The notes beneath the pieces were generated by a model. It saw only the letters and a program-made list of their open reading frames with translations. It was not told the origin of the DNA and did not search any database. A stretch of 63,048 nucleotides of DNA, counting the filler, from Bigelowiella natans CCMP2755 (lineage: Eukaryota > Protista > Cercozoa): assembly GCA_000320545.1 (NCBI GenBank). It is 6 parts of 6 records of this genome, joined end to end, with 100 filler letters (N's around TTAATTAATTAA, not from the genome) between each part and the next. Parts side by side here need not be neighbours in the genome. Positions count along the whole stretch, not along the records: positions 1 to 20,812 come from ADNK01002826.1; 5 more parts are not named here. One strand, given 5' to 3'. Each line of letters begins with the position of its first letter. The first letter of the stretch is position 1. Shown piece by piece: positions 1 to 12,028 of the stretch. Position numbers and translations under genes: made by a program.

Positions 1-213
1 GAAGGACATGAGCACGTGGGTGCAGTTGGACGCAGCCCTTGCGCAAGGCTTAGTCGTGACATGTACGCGCTAGCTAGCATGCACTAGCTAGTGCATGCAG
101 TGTTCTGAGCGCATGAGGAAGCTCATCACGTACAGCGCGCGCAGAAGGGGGTGGGGGCAGTCTATATACACGCGCTTAAATATCTCACTTCTCCGCCACA
201 CGCTGTACTCACA

Positions 214-251
<38 letters not shown>

Positions 252-559
252 TGCGCGCGCGTTTACAAAACACAATTTCTTACATCAAATACGCACTGTT
301 TCATTTTATAACCAAGTCTCCAGCGACTTTACTATCACGATGATATCTACTCAAAAGAGGAGAGGATGCCATCGTATGATCCGTACTCTCCACAAAGCTA
401 CAAAATGCGAGATTAACAGCAAATAATGACAATAACAACCTTAGCCTCTGCATCCTCCTCTCCTCGCAGGGCTTCTAATCTATATCTTGATGCTGATAGC
501 AGCAGCAGCAGCAGCAGTATAAGTAGCGAGAAAGAGCCGAATCTATTCCTTGTACTTCT

Positions 560-726
560 AGGCATTGATTAAGTAGGATAAGCGCAACGTGTTTACCCCG
601 ATTATTGTTGTTGTTGTTCTTTTTCTTCTTGTCTGAACTCTCGCCCTGTACTTTCGCCGAGGTTCGGTCGCAATAATTCAAATCCCCTGGGTAAATATGG
701 TTCCAAAATTGTAAATATGTGTATAT

Positions 727-764
<38 letters not shown>

Positions 765-1203
765 GATATGTGTGTGTGTGTGTGTTAGTATGGATGTGAG
801 AATATCTGTTCGAATACTGCCTGGCAAGGAAATGAGGTATAAGTATAACATATATGCATAAATAATGTGTGTGCGTATGTGCGTGTGTGCACACATTCCA
901 TGCGTATCTCCTCTCCCAACCCTAATCATTTTCCCTGTCTCTCCCTTTTCTCTCTCTCTCCCTCTCCCTCTCCCTCTCCCTCTCCCTCTCCCTCCCGTGG
1001 TGAACAACTCGTCCTCTGAGTATCCGCACCGAGCAATGCTAGAATGGTGGAATGCCGGCTGCTAGGCCTACGTGTCTTCTGTGGAACCTCCTCGTCGAAG
1101 ATATCAGCAGGCTGAGAAAGGGGGGGGGGGGGGGGGGGGGCACTTTTATAACGGTTTTGCAACGTTACTAATACTGTCAATCAATCTAATACATCTCTAC
1201 AAT

Positions 1204-1248
<45 letters not shown>

Positions 1249-1362
1249 ATGTATTTATGTGTGTGATGGCAACCTGGATCAAGTAGTGATTTCGATAGCA
1301 TTCTGTGATGTTCTTTGACGAGCCGAGAAGGAATGCCGAGGAGGAGGAGGATGATGATGGCA

Positions 1363-1393
<31 letters not shown>

Positions 1394-1484
1394 TGCTGAT
1401 GCGAGATAGACCAAGATGACAATGATGATGATAACAGCGGCAGTAAATCATTCAAAACAGCTCTCCATGTAAAATCTTTCGACT

Positions 1485-1538
<54 letters not shown>

Positions 1539-1781
1539 CTGTGTATGTGTGTGCATGTACCTATTGACGATTCTTTAGGTTCTCCGAAACACGACGACGA
1601 GTTGTTGTTTCTACGATTTATTCATTCAATAGGTAATCAGACTTCCGGCACACTGTCCTTACAAATGGATATCATCTGTATGCGTGTTGGGTTTGTGTTT
1701 TTTGCCATCACAATCTCCCCAAATATATCAACGCTCACAACGTGTTGGGCGAGAGGGGGGGAGGGGGGGAGGGCGCGGGGG

Positions 1782-1861
<80 letters not shown>

Positions 1862-3473
1862 AGCAACACACACGCACAATAGGCAAATACAAGCAAGATC
1901 ATGTTGGTACATCAGAACGTCCTCGTCATCTTCTCTCCTCCCGCTTCTTCTCGATCCTTTCCGCCCCCCCTTGCTCCCCCCTCCCTTCCATTTGCGTTTC
2001 AACTGCTGCTGCTGCTGCTGCTGAGTATCTGCACGGTTCTCTTCATCGTGTTCTGCTTGGTCTCCTCCCCCTCCTCGCTGCTGCTGCTGCATCCATTGAG
2101 AGATATTCAACGATGACCGTTTTCTTCCGATGTGACGTAACAGACGCTGAAGTTGAATGTCGGCCAAGTGGAGGAATCTGCCTCATCAAAATACGGGGAG
2201 GGAGGGGGGACTAATGAGATACGGATTGAAGGAAGCATTTTCTTAAGAGGTGATAGCAACCTACAAATACACGAAACGGCTGCATCATATGATGCATACG
2301 ACACGCAGGAATCATCACCAGCTCAGATACAATAACATCTCGCCATCCACGCCAACTCAATCGTTGATAGGCAGTCCCGATAAGTACATAAATATTGCTC
2401 CTTTCCCAGGTTTGCAAGAATGAGCATTGCTCGCTCTCTTGCTTCTTCTGCGGAACCAACTCGAAATCACCACCACTGCTCCTACTTCTGCTGCTGCCCT
2501 ACCACTACTACTACTCATAATAGTGCTGCTGCGTCTATTACGGCTGCTGCTACACCTCTCCACAAACAGATTTGCCTTTTGATTCCCTATCATGCTGCTC
2601 GTCGGTGCCTGAGGAGAGAGTCAAGCAGACAACTGACACGTAAGGGGGAGGAGCTCTAACAATGATATCGCTGTTACTAGTGCGGCCTGCAGCCTCTTGT
2701 GGGGAGACAGTAGAAGTCTTTGCGTAGTTGTTATAGAAAAGCATCGGTGAATTTCTTTCCCATCAGAAGAGGGGGGAGGGGGGGGGGGTGCAAACTCTGC
2801 CGAGTAATCACAAGATGCGTCTAGTTTTTGGTAGAAGTTTGTCTTCTGGGTGATGCAGGATAAGTAGTCTCATACGTGTAGTGTTCTGTGCTGTTTTGCT
2901 CACCTCAGGCATGCTAACGCGTTTATTCGCCTCTATTGCTGAGGATTAATGGTAACAATTGGATTTAATGATTTAATGCATTAAACATGACACTCAATCT
3001 TCTGGGGAGTCGTTGGCATTCCCCGACACATCACAGCAAATGCCGAACGATAAAACAACATTGGTAGCTTGAGACCGCCCTGCTCATACCTTCGAGAAAC
3101 TGGGGGTCCATAAAATTCCTCTTTCTCGCACCTCCCCATTCATTGCTGCCAGATCTAAAGCAATAGAATGGGTTTATGTTCTTTGTGAGTGTTCACGATG
3201 CGGCGTGTGCTGTGTTAAATAGTGATGTATTTGACCCTTCGTCCTCATCGCGGCGGGAGAAGGGAAAGTGCTGTGCCTCTAGCTCCGTCGTCGCTGCTGG
3301 TTGAGCTTCCACATCAGAAATCTCATCAACATCGATTTCGTCCTTCTGATATTCTCGGTGGCTCCGAAATAGATGCGCTCGAGCTCCTCGATCTTTGCTG
3401 TAGATAGTTTGATACGGGTGGTGAAGGCGCGGTGGTTTATGGAGGTAGATATTACAGGCTTTCTACATATCAC
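560..3473 (-). CDS. Probable multi-exon gene of unknown function (boundaries uncertain)
   Basis: Non-repetitive coding-like blocks between microsatellite introns (e.g. QFWNHIYPGDLNYCDR, ADIFDEEVPQKTRR, VVSVDIFGEIVMAK, ADIQLQRLLRHIGRK, KIEELERIYFG). No recognisable domain. Confidence 0.3.
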
Positions 3474-4131
3474 AACGAAGTTTTGGTGTGGGCAATGGCA
3501 AACACTCCATCTTTCAACCCGGGATTTTGTATCTTGTGCCGTTAAATGTGTTGTTATCGGGGAGGACTGTTATCTTCGGGGGACAGAAATGGTTTGTATT
3601 TACAAGTTCATTCGTTCGTTCAGAGGAAGGGGAAAGCGACGACGGTGTAAGTCGGCGTCCAACCCCCTCGCTGGAGAGCGTGTCAAATCATATTTCATAA
3701 CATAAAAATACCGCAACGGCGTTGAAGGATCCTCTCTCGTAAATGAAGTGCGCACTTTGAGGGGATTATTATGATTGGCATTTAGAGCGATCATTATACT
3801 CATCATTGCAAGAGTCCAGCACGAATAGCGGGAAAAGCTCTGGCGTTCTCTGCTGCCGGGCCGGTCGCCCGACCGGACCGGCGCCATTCGGAAAACCTAA
3901 TGGCCGTATTTTTCCCAGCGACAACAACTCCAATCATGTCGTACCATAAGATTTCTCCGTTGCAATGTGGGATTCAACGCCATGCAATTTCCCTGAAGCG
4001 ACAAGGAAAAGGGAGTTTGTCGCAGAGCATAAATCGTCTGCATGATTTATCATTTCCTTGTGATTGGAATGTTCGTAGAACATTCACGACCACCGTCGTC
4101 ATCTTCCGTCGATTCATCATACTTCATTTCA

Positions 4132-4809
4132 ATGACTTCCCTTACTGCTCCAACCAATACAATGCCTCGAAGGAGGCTTGGCCGCGCATGCGACCGCTAC
4201 GAATGCCAAGTCAGAATCCTCATGATCGGCGAGTCAGGGGTTGGGAAATCGTCGTTGCTCCTCCGGTACTCTGAAAACCAATTCAGAGCAAGCTACATGG
4301 CGACAATCGGACTTGACTTCATGTGCAAGAATATCAAGCTACCAGGTTACGAGAAGCCTGCCCAAGTCCAATTGTGGGATACGGCTGGCCAGGAACGATT
4401 TCAAGTTATAACTAAGGCCTACTATCGAGGTGCCCACGGGATTGTTCTTACCTACGACGTCACAGACGAGCGATCATTCATTCGTGTGAATCACTGGATG
4501 GGACAGATTGCACGTCTAGCACGGAAGGGGGTTTTAGTATATCTCGTGGCTAACAAAGCAGATAAAGTAGATCAACGGGTGATATCGCAAGAGGAGGGCA
4601 AAATTCTGGCAGCCAAACATGGCATTCCATTCTACGAATGCAGTGCGAAATCAGGTGAAGGTGTCACAGAGGCGTTCAAATCGATATCAAAACAAACAGC
4701 CCATAAGGCTTTAAAGGAGAATGATGAATTGCCGAAGAAAGGTAATAGCATAATTGTACACGATGGACAGCAGGCAAAGCGGAAATGCCCGGGTTGTGTT
4801 TTGATATGA
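4132..4809 (+). CDS. Rab-family small GTPase, Rab8/Sec4/RabE-like, intronless
   Basis: G1 GESGVGKS, effector ATIGLDF, G3 WDTAGQERF, YYRGAHG, G4 NKAD, G5 SAK, C-terminal CaaX-type CVLI as in Rab8. The ORF opens at 4042; the real start is probably the ATG at 4132 or 4162. Confidence 0.92.
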   Translation: MTSLTAPTNTMPRRRLGRACDRYECQVRILMIGESGVGKSSLLLRYSENQFRASYMATIGLDFMCKNIKLPGYEKPAQVQLWDTAGQERFQVITKAYYRGAHGIVLTYDVTDERSFIRVNHWMGQIARLARKGVLVYLVANKADKVDQRVISQEEGKILAAKHGIPFYECSAKSGEGVTEAFKSISKQTAHKALKENDELPKKGNSIIVHDGQQAKRKCPGCVLI

Positions 4810-5565
4810 TCGGCATTGAATCCGTTCTACCTCAGCTCTTCCGATCCTCACATCATCTCTGCTAATAACTTTAAAAGTAGAAATCTAAAATTTTCCAAGT
4901 AGTTGGATGTAAAGTTAAGTTTCTAAGAATTAAATGGACAGCATGCAGTACATATGATAAAATAGTACACCCTGGATAGTATATTTTAGAATGCCTCTGA
5001 GGAATCAAGCGTATCTGCCATTTCTATGCAACGTGTACACATACATGGTGTATGTTGCAAGTATAAAGCGCGTATGCATGCTCCCGAAAATTATTGCGTT
5101 GCTTGATCGAGCGCTTGTTGTCTACATCTCTATCTAGCTATGCATGCACACACGCAAATATGTGATGTTTTGTCTATCTGGTAAACGCACATGCGGGCAA
5201 TGCATGAGAAATGCTCACACATCTACCTTCGGCCACGTATCGTAGCACATGCACAAACTACCGAGACAATCACATGGCAATGTGAGAGACATTGGTGCAC
5301 GCTCATTGTCGTCACGCAAATAATCGTGCGTGTTCTCAATGTGCGTCTCGTCAATTTTGACGCCGATGAGAATGACCACCAAGGCTGAAATTATTCACAC
5401 ATGATAAAGCAAAACAGCTTCCACGTGTGCAGCCCATCATTTACTTCTTTCACTGCGTGCACGCAACAAGGCATGTGAGCCCGAATTGCAGCACGTTGGT
5501 TTGGAACAAAAGTGTGTGCACGCTTGACACCATGCCAGGCTGCATGCTGCTTGCGCATGCACACG

Positions 5566-5775
5566 TGAGACGGATGTGATTGAGTGATTGAATGTTTTCA
5601 ATGGTCATCCTAGTGCAGCCATGTGAAGTAGCGGCCACAACACTTGGGTTGTGTCTGTTTGTCTAGTCCATCTCATCATGTGTTTCGTGCATTTGAAAGC
5701 ATCAGCATTCTGTCGTCGATGTCGTGCGGCAATGAGCTGTCGCGATCCGTGCCACTTTTTCAGCTTCAGTCAGTC
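5566..5775 (+). repeat. Dispersed repeat family copy (TpA-depleted form)
   Basis: Core TGAGACGGATGT..TTTTCAATGGTCATCCTA, continuing to CTGTCGTCGATGTCGTGCGG and CAGCTTCAGTCAG. Aligns along its length with 55738-55980. Confidence 0.8.
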
Positions 5776-6502
5776 GTTTCGTGTCATCGTTTCGATTCAT
5801 GATGACATTCAATTGGTTTCGTGATCTGAGCTGTTCATTGGTGTTCGTGTGCTGCACATTGAAGAAGATGATCCATGTCTTTTGTGACACCACGTGTGTC
5901 ACACGTGGCATTTGCTTCCTCACATTGTCCTCGGGACAACATGAATTTTCCAAGATTGCCCGCCCACCCCTCAGATGGCATGCATCCATGTGATAGCAAT
6001 GCTTGGTGATTTTGCATGCACGTGTGGCACAACCTTGTGCAATGTCAACTCACTCCCAACGTGAGACGTGAGTGTCTGCGCCACCGCTGTCAAGCTAGTC
6101 ATGTTCCACAAGGTCATAGTGCAAATCCAGCCATGAAAAGTTAACTCTTGAAATGCAAGTCACAAATGGCAATAGAAACTTAATCATTGGAAACCAGTTG
6201 GTTTGCGAGTTTAAAAAGATTAACTCCACAAAATCTTCTATTTTTTGGTAGATATCAGTGGTAGGCAAGTGCAAGTTTCCTTGGCGGAAGCTTTCATCTT
6301 CAAGTTCTGTTATCTTTCGTTAAATTTTAGACCTAGTCTGACACCCAAACGTGCTTTCCAAAAATATCATCATTGGTAATAGCATCTAGGCATGACGAGC
6401 AATGGAAAGCTTCCTTCGCCGTTTGAATCACTCAGATTGTAAGTGTCGAAAAGAGAGCTGGCTAACGAAGAGATTGAATTTAGCCTTTCTGCTATAGCTG
6501 CC

Positions 6503-7339
6503 TCATATATTAAAGTGTTCAAATATCATCTTAGAAAGGGAGCATTCAGGGCAGTCTATCCCATCAAGAAAATCGCCCTCATATTCATCGAAATATGATC
6601 CTCCAAAATGATCGTGCATGCAGCATCCATCACTTGGAAAATGCACAGAGGCTGCGTTGAGGTCTCCAAGGCTCCTATCATCATCACAATGATAATACGT
6701 TGGCCCATACTGGGCTCCTTGTACATCATGTTCCTCGAAAAACTTGGCAAGTACAGCTTTAGGCAACTCATACACTTTCCCGTCTGCTCTGAAACGAGAA
6801 AAACCTTTGTAATATGGAGGAATATAAGGTTCATCAATATAAGGTTCATCGTCGCTGAAATCGTCTTCCTTGGCATCTTCTTTAAATCCTGGAATGGTAT
6901 AAGAGGCTTTCAGTTTCTCGATCAATCCTACCTCTACAGCTTTGCCCAATGTCTCCCTCAACTGTGCCTTTTTCCTAGGTTTAGTACAGTCGATTCCAAA
7001 GTGATGAACGAGTTCCTTCTTCAACTTCATGAGGCTGATTTTTTCATAATCCTTCACGATAGAAATTATATTGCTTTTGAGATCCTCTTTAGATTTGTTT
7101 TTGCTGCATTTTTTAGATGATGCCCTTTTAGGCTTGCCCCGCTCTCGCTTTTTTCCAAGGCATTTTTTTTCAGTCTTGCTGTTCTTTCTGCCCCTTTTCG
7201 CACCCGCGTACTTATTAACTTCTCGTTTGGAAGATTTTTGATTCTCTATGCTGTTCTTTTTAAAGCGTTTATGTTTGTCTCTCTGGGTTTGCACCCTGTT
7301 TCCCTTGATACCAGTGGGGCGTGGTTTATAAATTGGCAA
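6503..7339 (-). CDS. Lys-rich protein with linker histone H1/H15-like (or DEK-C-like) domain and a Cys/His/Asp-rich C-terminus; intronless
   Basis: 278-aa ORF. Basic N-terminus, then IISIVKDYEKISLMKLKKELVHHFG..KKAQLRETLGKAVEVGLIEKLKASYTI, resembling the H15 pattern SxxxIKKY..LKKALKKLVxxGxLxQxKGSFKL. Confidence 0.6.
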   Translation of the reverse strand: MPIYKPRPTGIKGNRVQTQRDKHKRFKKNSIENQKSSKREVNKYAGAKRGRKNSKTEKKCLGKKRERGKPKRASSKKCSKNKSKEDLKSNIISIVKDYEKISLMKLKKELVHHFGIDCTKPRKKAQLRETLGKAVEVGLIEKLKASYTIPGFKEDAKEDDFSDDEPYIDEPYIPPYYKGFSRFRADGKVYELPKAVLAKFFEEHDVQGAQYGPTYYHCDDDRSLGDLNAASVHFPSDGCCMHDHFGGSYFDEYEGDFLDGIDCPECSLSKMIFEHFNI

Positions 7340-7778
7340 TGTGATGACAAAGTCATCATCACCCGTACTCTCTCGAGCGCGTTTGGAAGTCTATACTTTG
7401 TTGTCTCTGATTTCTGGCTGAAATTTTACTTCCTTTACTCTTGGAATTTGATCTCTTCCGCGCATGCCAGGGGTGGGGGGAAGAATTGGATTATGGTGCA
7501 GGGAGGTGTCCACGACTCGTAGCCGTTTCAGGTCAAATTTGTCGCTGTAGAAGCCCTTACTTACCGGTACATGTACTCAAATGTTGTTGGTTGTCGCGAT
7601 TTTATAATTACCTCTATTTAATCCGATTCTCGCCAGCGGCTTGTGCTAGAGTGGAAATAAATTTGTTCATGGCGTAGAGCATAAATCGCCTGTATTTTCA
7701 AATAATTTTCAGGGCCCTTCTGCCGGTACGGTGCTGTACGAGTGGATAGATAGAGAGGCACAAAAATATCTTCCGACG

Positions 7779-9612
7779 ATGGGGTGTGGGATCAGCGCAG
7801 AACAAAAAGCAAAGATGGAGGCAGAAGAGCGGGAACGGCAGAGGAAGGAAACGGAGGAAAGGGAAGAGCGTCAACGGAAGGCTAAAGAAGAAGCGGAGAG
7901 GCGAAGAAAGTTGAGAGAAGAACAAGAGGCTGAAGAGAAACGAAAGCGTGAGGAAAAGGAGAAACGACAGCTTCAAGAAAAGAAAGAGGGATGGAGAATC
8001 CTTGCAGGGTACATTTCAGCACCAAGATCAAGCCCTTTCCAGACTAGCGTTGTGAAATTAAATCTACGCAACAAGGAGAAGATGGTGTCCCCCTCTCTTG
8101 CAAAAATCCCTGTCAAGAAGTACGTTACCGATGACTTACTCCCGTACAAACGCCATGGAGCATTCCTGCAGTTTAAAGAGCTTCCCGAGCTCAATGGAAT
8201 TAACTTCAACAACGTTTGGATTCCTGTCAGAACCAATATTTACGGTTCATTGACCCTCTGTGAGACAGCGGGCCTGTTTTGGGGTAAGAAGGAAGTGACT
8301 GACTTCAAAGCTATCAAGGTACGGGCAAGGGGCAACGACGAGCTGACGATGGAGGAAAAAAAGGAACACCTTGATCTCTTGCGCGCGAGGTTAAAGTCCA
8401 GCATAGAGAAATCAGAAGAGGCTAGTGAAGAATATAAGAAAAAGTACTGCAGCGCCGTGGTAGAGTCTGGGATAACGGGAGGGGTCAAAAGCCTAAGTGC
8501 GGACTCCGACTCTTCGCAAATAACGGTGACATTTGAAGACGATCACTGCCCTAGATTAATACTGCAAGAGGGAGATTTCATCAAATTCGAACATGTCCCT
8601 TCGGTTAAAGGCATGGATAATCTGAACGGCGAATGGTTTGAGTGCCAGACTGTCGGCTTGTGGAAAGTGAGATTCATCAATAAGACCGGGGCTTTGTACC
8701 ACACCTTCGAAGTTATCCCTGGTACCAGAATACAAAAGAAGTTTAATATGAAGCCAATAAAATTCACCATAAAGAAAAGGGCTGAGCCGTGGGAAGGTTT
8801 GACAACGGAGTCGAAGGCAAGGCAGGTCTCTGAGGATGAGGAATTTTACATTCGAGAGGGCTCTTTCCTGAATCCGATGGCAAAGGTTGCTAATCTCATT
8901 GCTCACAACTGTCGCCATATTTTTTCTCACAATGACCTTATTGCCATCTTCCTTCCCCTTCATTGCAGCTGACGTACAGTATCTGGTGTTCTTTCAGGAT
9001 TGGAAACAGCGGGCTGCATTTGCTCAGATTGAGATCGAGTTCGGCCGATACGATACGGATAATAGTGGATATATTTCCAGGGATGAGTTTGCCGCATATC
9101 TCACGAGAAAAGCACGGCTATCATCCACTTCTTACCGCATGGAACAAGCCGTCACAGAGGCGATGAAGGAATTCGATACGGATGGAGATGGAAAAGTAAG
9201 CTTCCGTGAGTTCTTGGAAGCTACCTTCAGAGCAGTCCTCAATGCGAACTCATTATTGAAGACCAAGTATACGATCAGAAAGCAAAAATGGCTTGATAAA
9301 CAAAAAGCATTGGCTGACAAGGCCAAAAAGGAGAAACCAAAAGAAGAAGTTAAGGCGGCAAATGTGAAGGACGCGGCGGCGAAAGCTGCCAATCCTGAAA
9401 AGGAAAATGGAGAAGATGGTGGAAAGAAAGAAGAAGAGACAGGCTCCAAGGCAGAGGGTAACGGAAATCTCCTTGAAGACACTATACGGGATCTACTTAA
9501 GAAAGATGAGCCTTTTCAGGCCATCTTCAGGCATTGCAGAGAAAAAAATCTTGGGAAAGCTCATGAAATCATGAAAGCTTTGAACAAAGTAAAACTTGAA
9601 TTAGGCAGGTAA
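7779..9612 (+). CDS. N-myristoylated/palmitoylated protein with charged coiled coil, E1-FCCH-like domain and an EF-hand pair
   Basis: Starts MGCGIS. An intron at 8886-8979 (GT..CAG, phase 0) joins the two ORFs in frame (NPMAK|YLVFF). Canonical EF loops DTDNSGYISRDE and DTDGDGKVSFRE. Confidence 0.8.
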
Positions 9613-10205
9613 ACTGTGGGCCGTCAGGAGATACTGGTATTGAGAGAAACCATCAAGTATGCTTGGATTTACTAATATTTGCTTTGTGCTTTTACCTGTA
9701 CTAAATCATGACCATCGAGTTAAACGATGATCTGACCTCCTGTGGCCAGCACGGAACTCATTGTCGTTTTGATCTCGTATCAATGTATGAAAGTAACAAT
9801 ATGAGCTATTTAGAAAGTATTAGCTCTTTAAGCATGTAGCGAACGAACTCCCATGCAATATGTTAAGTTCGGTGCCAGGTATTCTAGTATTACTATAGAC
9901 AGTTATTGAGCGTGCGAGGGATTGAGTATGTGAATTCATGGACATGTCGTTACCGTGTCGCTACTGTTGTCGCCGCAGCACCCGGCGTCCACAGCTCATT
10001 GCTACTACCTGACGATTACATGCAATGCATACGCACACATTATACACAATTGTGTGCTTAAGCCTAGAAGTCTAGTCACACAATTGTGTGCTTAGGTCTA
10101 ATGGCTAGCTAGAAATCTAGTCAATGCGGTGTCGATTGCATTGCGGTGTTTCATAGCTACGCTTGCATGGCTGATGTGTGCTAGGCTGTGCACGCATCGA
10201 GCACG

Positions 10206-10900
10206 TGAGACGGATGTGATGAAGAATCAAATTTTTTCAATGGTCATCCGAGCACGTATATGCATGCAAAATCCCTTACTAGCTTATCTAGTTATACATA
10301 CGCTGTATTACGAATTCGCCAAAGCTGCGCGCCCTTTGACCATCGTATCTCACGCATCGCACAGCGAGACATGTGCATGCTGCATGTCTAGATGTGTCTG
10401 TACTAGTGTGTATAGTAGATCTGAAGATGTCTGTCTAGATGTTTACTAGTCTAGATCAGTGCGTGCGCGTATGCTTCATTGCGGCTTGCTGCGCTGCACG
10501 TCTAGTCTAGACGTCATCAGCAATAATAACAGCTACATAATGCATAAATACATGAAAGACCATTGCAAAGATGGATTTGATCAATTTATTACATCCATCT
10601 CATAATACATGTACATGCATGCTACCGCTAGCATATGCATGCATGTAACTAGGGCGGAGTAGTCGAAGCATGCTAGCAAATTAAAGATGCATAGAAACCG
10701 TCTGGACGCACACGCATGCACATCTAGACACAAGTGCACTCACAAATAGATTTGTAATTTCCGCTGTTGTCGTCGCTGCTTTCTAGCTCTTTGCACAGCT
10801 ACATCAAGATACCAGGCGGGTCATTAAACAAAGCTTAATTTATTCATTACACCAGTCTTACACACTCGCAAATTTAGTTCATTCATTACATCCGTCTCAC
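10206..10900. repeat. Cluster of partial copies of the dispersed repeat (10206-10250 +; about 10558-10603 -; about 10835-10900 -, tandem partial)
   Basis: TGAGACGGATGTGATGAAG..TTTTTTCAATGGTCATCC on +, and reverse-complement ATTCATTACATCCGTCTCA / ATTACATCCATCTCAT. Confidence 0.7.
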
Positions 10901-11267
10901 ACAATCGCGCGCACATACGCAATGTTGTCAGAGTGCGTGTTAGGTGCTCACATCCCAAACTGCTCGTGCCGTTGCCAATTGCAATTACAAATTGCATTGC
11001 CGGCATCACGTGCAATGCGCTGTGCAAAGAAAGAGGCAAATAAGGAACTAGCAACTTTAATAATATAATTTTTTACGAGCTTAAGGACTGCAGTTATATC
11101 CATATCATGAGACCTTATATGTATGTGTAGATATATTTACTTTGCGCTGATTTCTTTATTGAACCTTAATACAATACTAAGTTAAATTATCTTTTTCCCG
11201 GTGACTTCAGATGAGGAGGAGATGAGCTACTTTGCATAATATGCCACACCAGAGTATAGTAGACGCA

Positions 11268-11991
11268 TCAATGTTGCTTCTTCACGCTGCTGGCCGCTGA
11301 AGTAAACAACGATTTCCTGCTTCTGTGGAAATCGAAGATCTCCTGCAAGAATAACGGATACACAACACCAGCAACAACAGAGATCAAAGGATGATGGAAC
11401 ATGATGAAATGCAACGAGGAGGGCTCGATATGAGCCCACCCCCCTTACTCCCCCATTCCTTGCAATACTCGAAAAACTTACTATTACTACTACTACTGCT
11501 GCTGCTGAGGCGGCTGTCTGCAAATACCTGCGTCATGTGCAGAAGGTACAGAGCGATGTGAATCGGGACTAAGTACGGCATTTCGCGTCTAAAGCCCTCC
11601 ATCTTGTGAAACCCAACCAAGCCTGGTGGATACGACGACGACATGGAGATGAAAATATTAGTAAGAATAGTGCAAGGAGAGGGGTGAAGGCCACAAACAA
11701 ATCCAGAGAGGAGCAGCAGCAGAAGACATTAGTGGGGAAAAACGCCAGTGACGAAGACAAAAGGCAGGCTTTTTGATGGCCACCTCTCATCGCCCCAACC
11801 CCCCCCCCCCCCTCTCGTCCGTATACATATTGTTTACCGATAACAGCTCCGACGATCATAGGGTGGGGGATGCAGTTGTAAGGGAACGCGGAGACGTACT
11901 TCGGCTGGCAATGGCCTGGTGAGTATAGAGTAAAGAAACACGATAATAAATATTTGTATGCTACGTTAATTGTCCATGAACATTTAATCGT

Positions 11992-12028
<37 letters not shown>

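Noticed and set aside
5445-6140. Classical CpG-methylation decay or fungal RIP as the explanation for the TG/CA-rich islands
   Set aside because: CpG is retained and TpA, the RIP product, is the missing dinucleotide.
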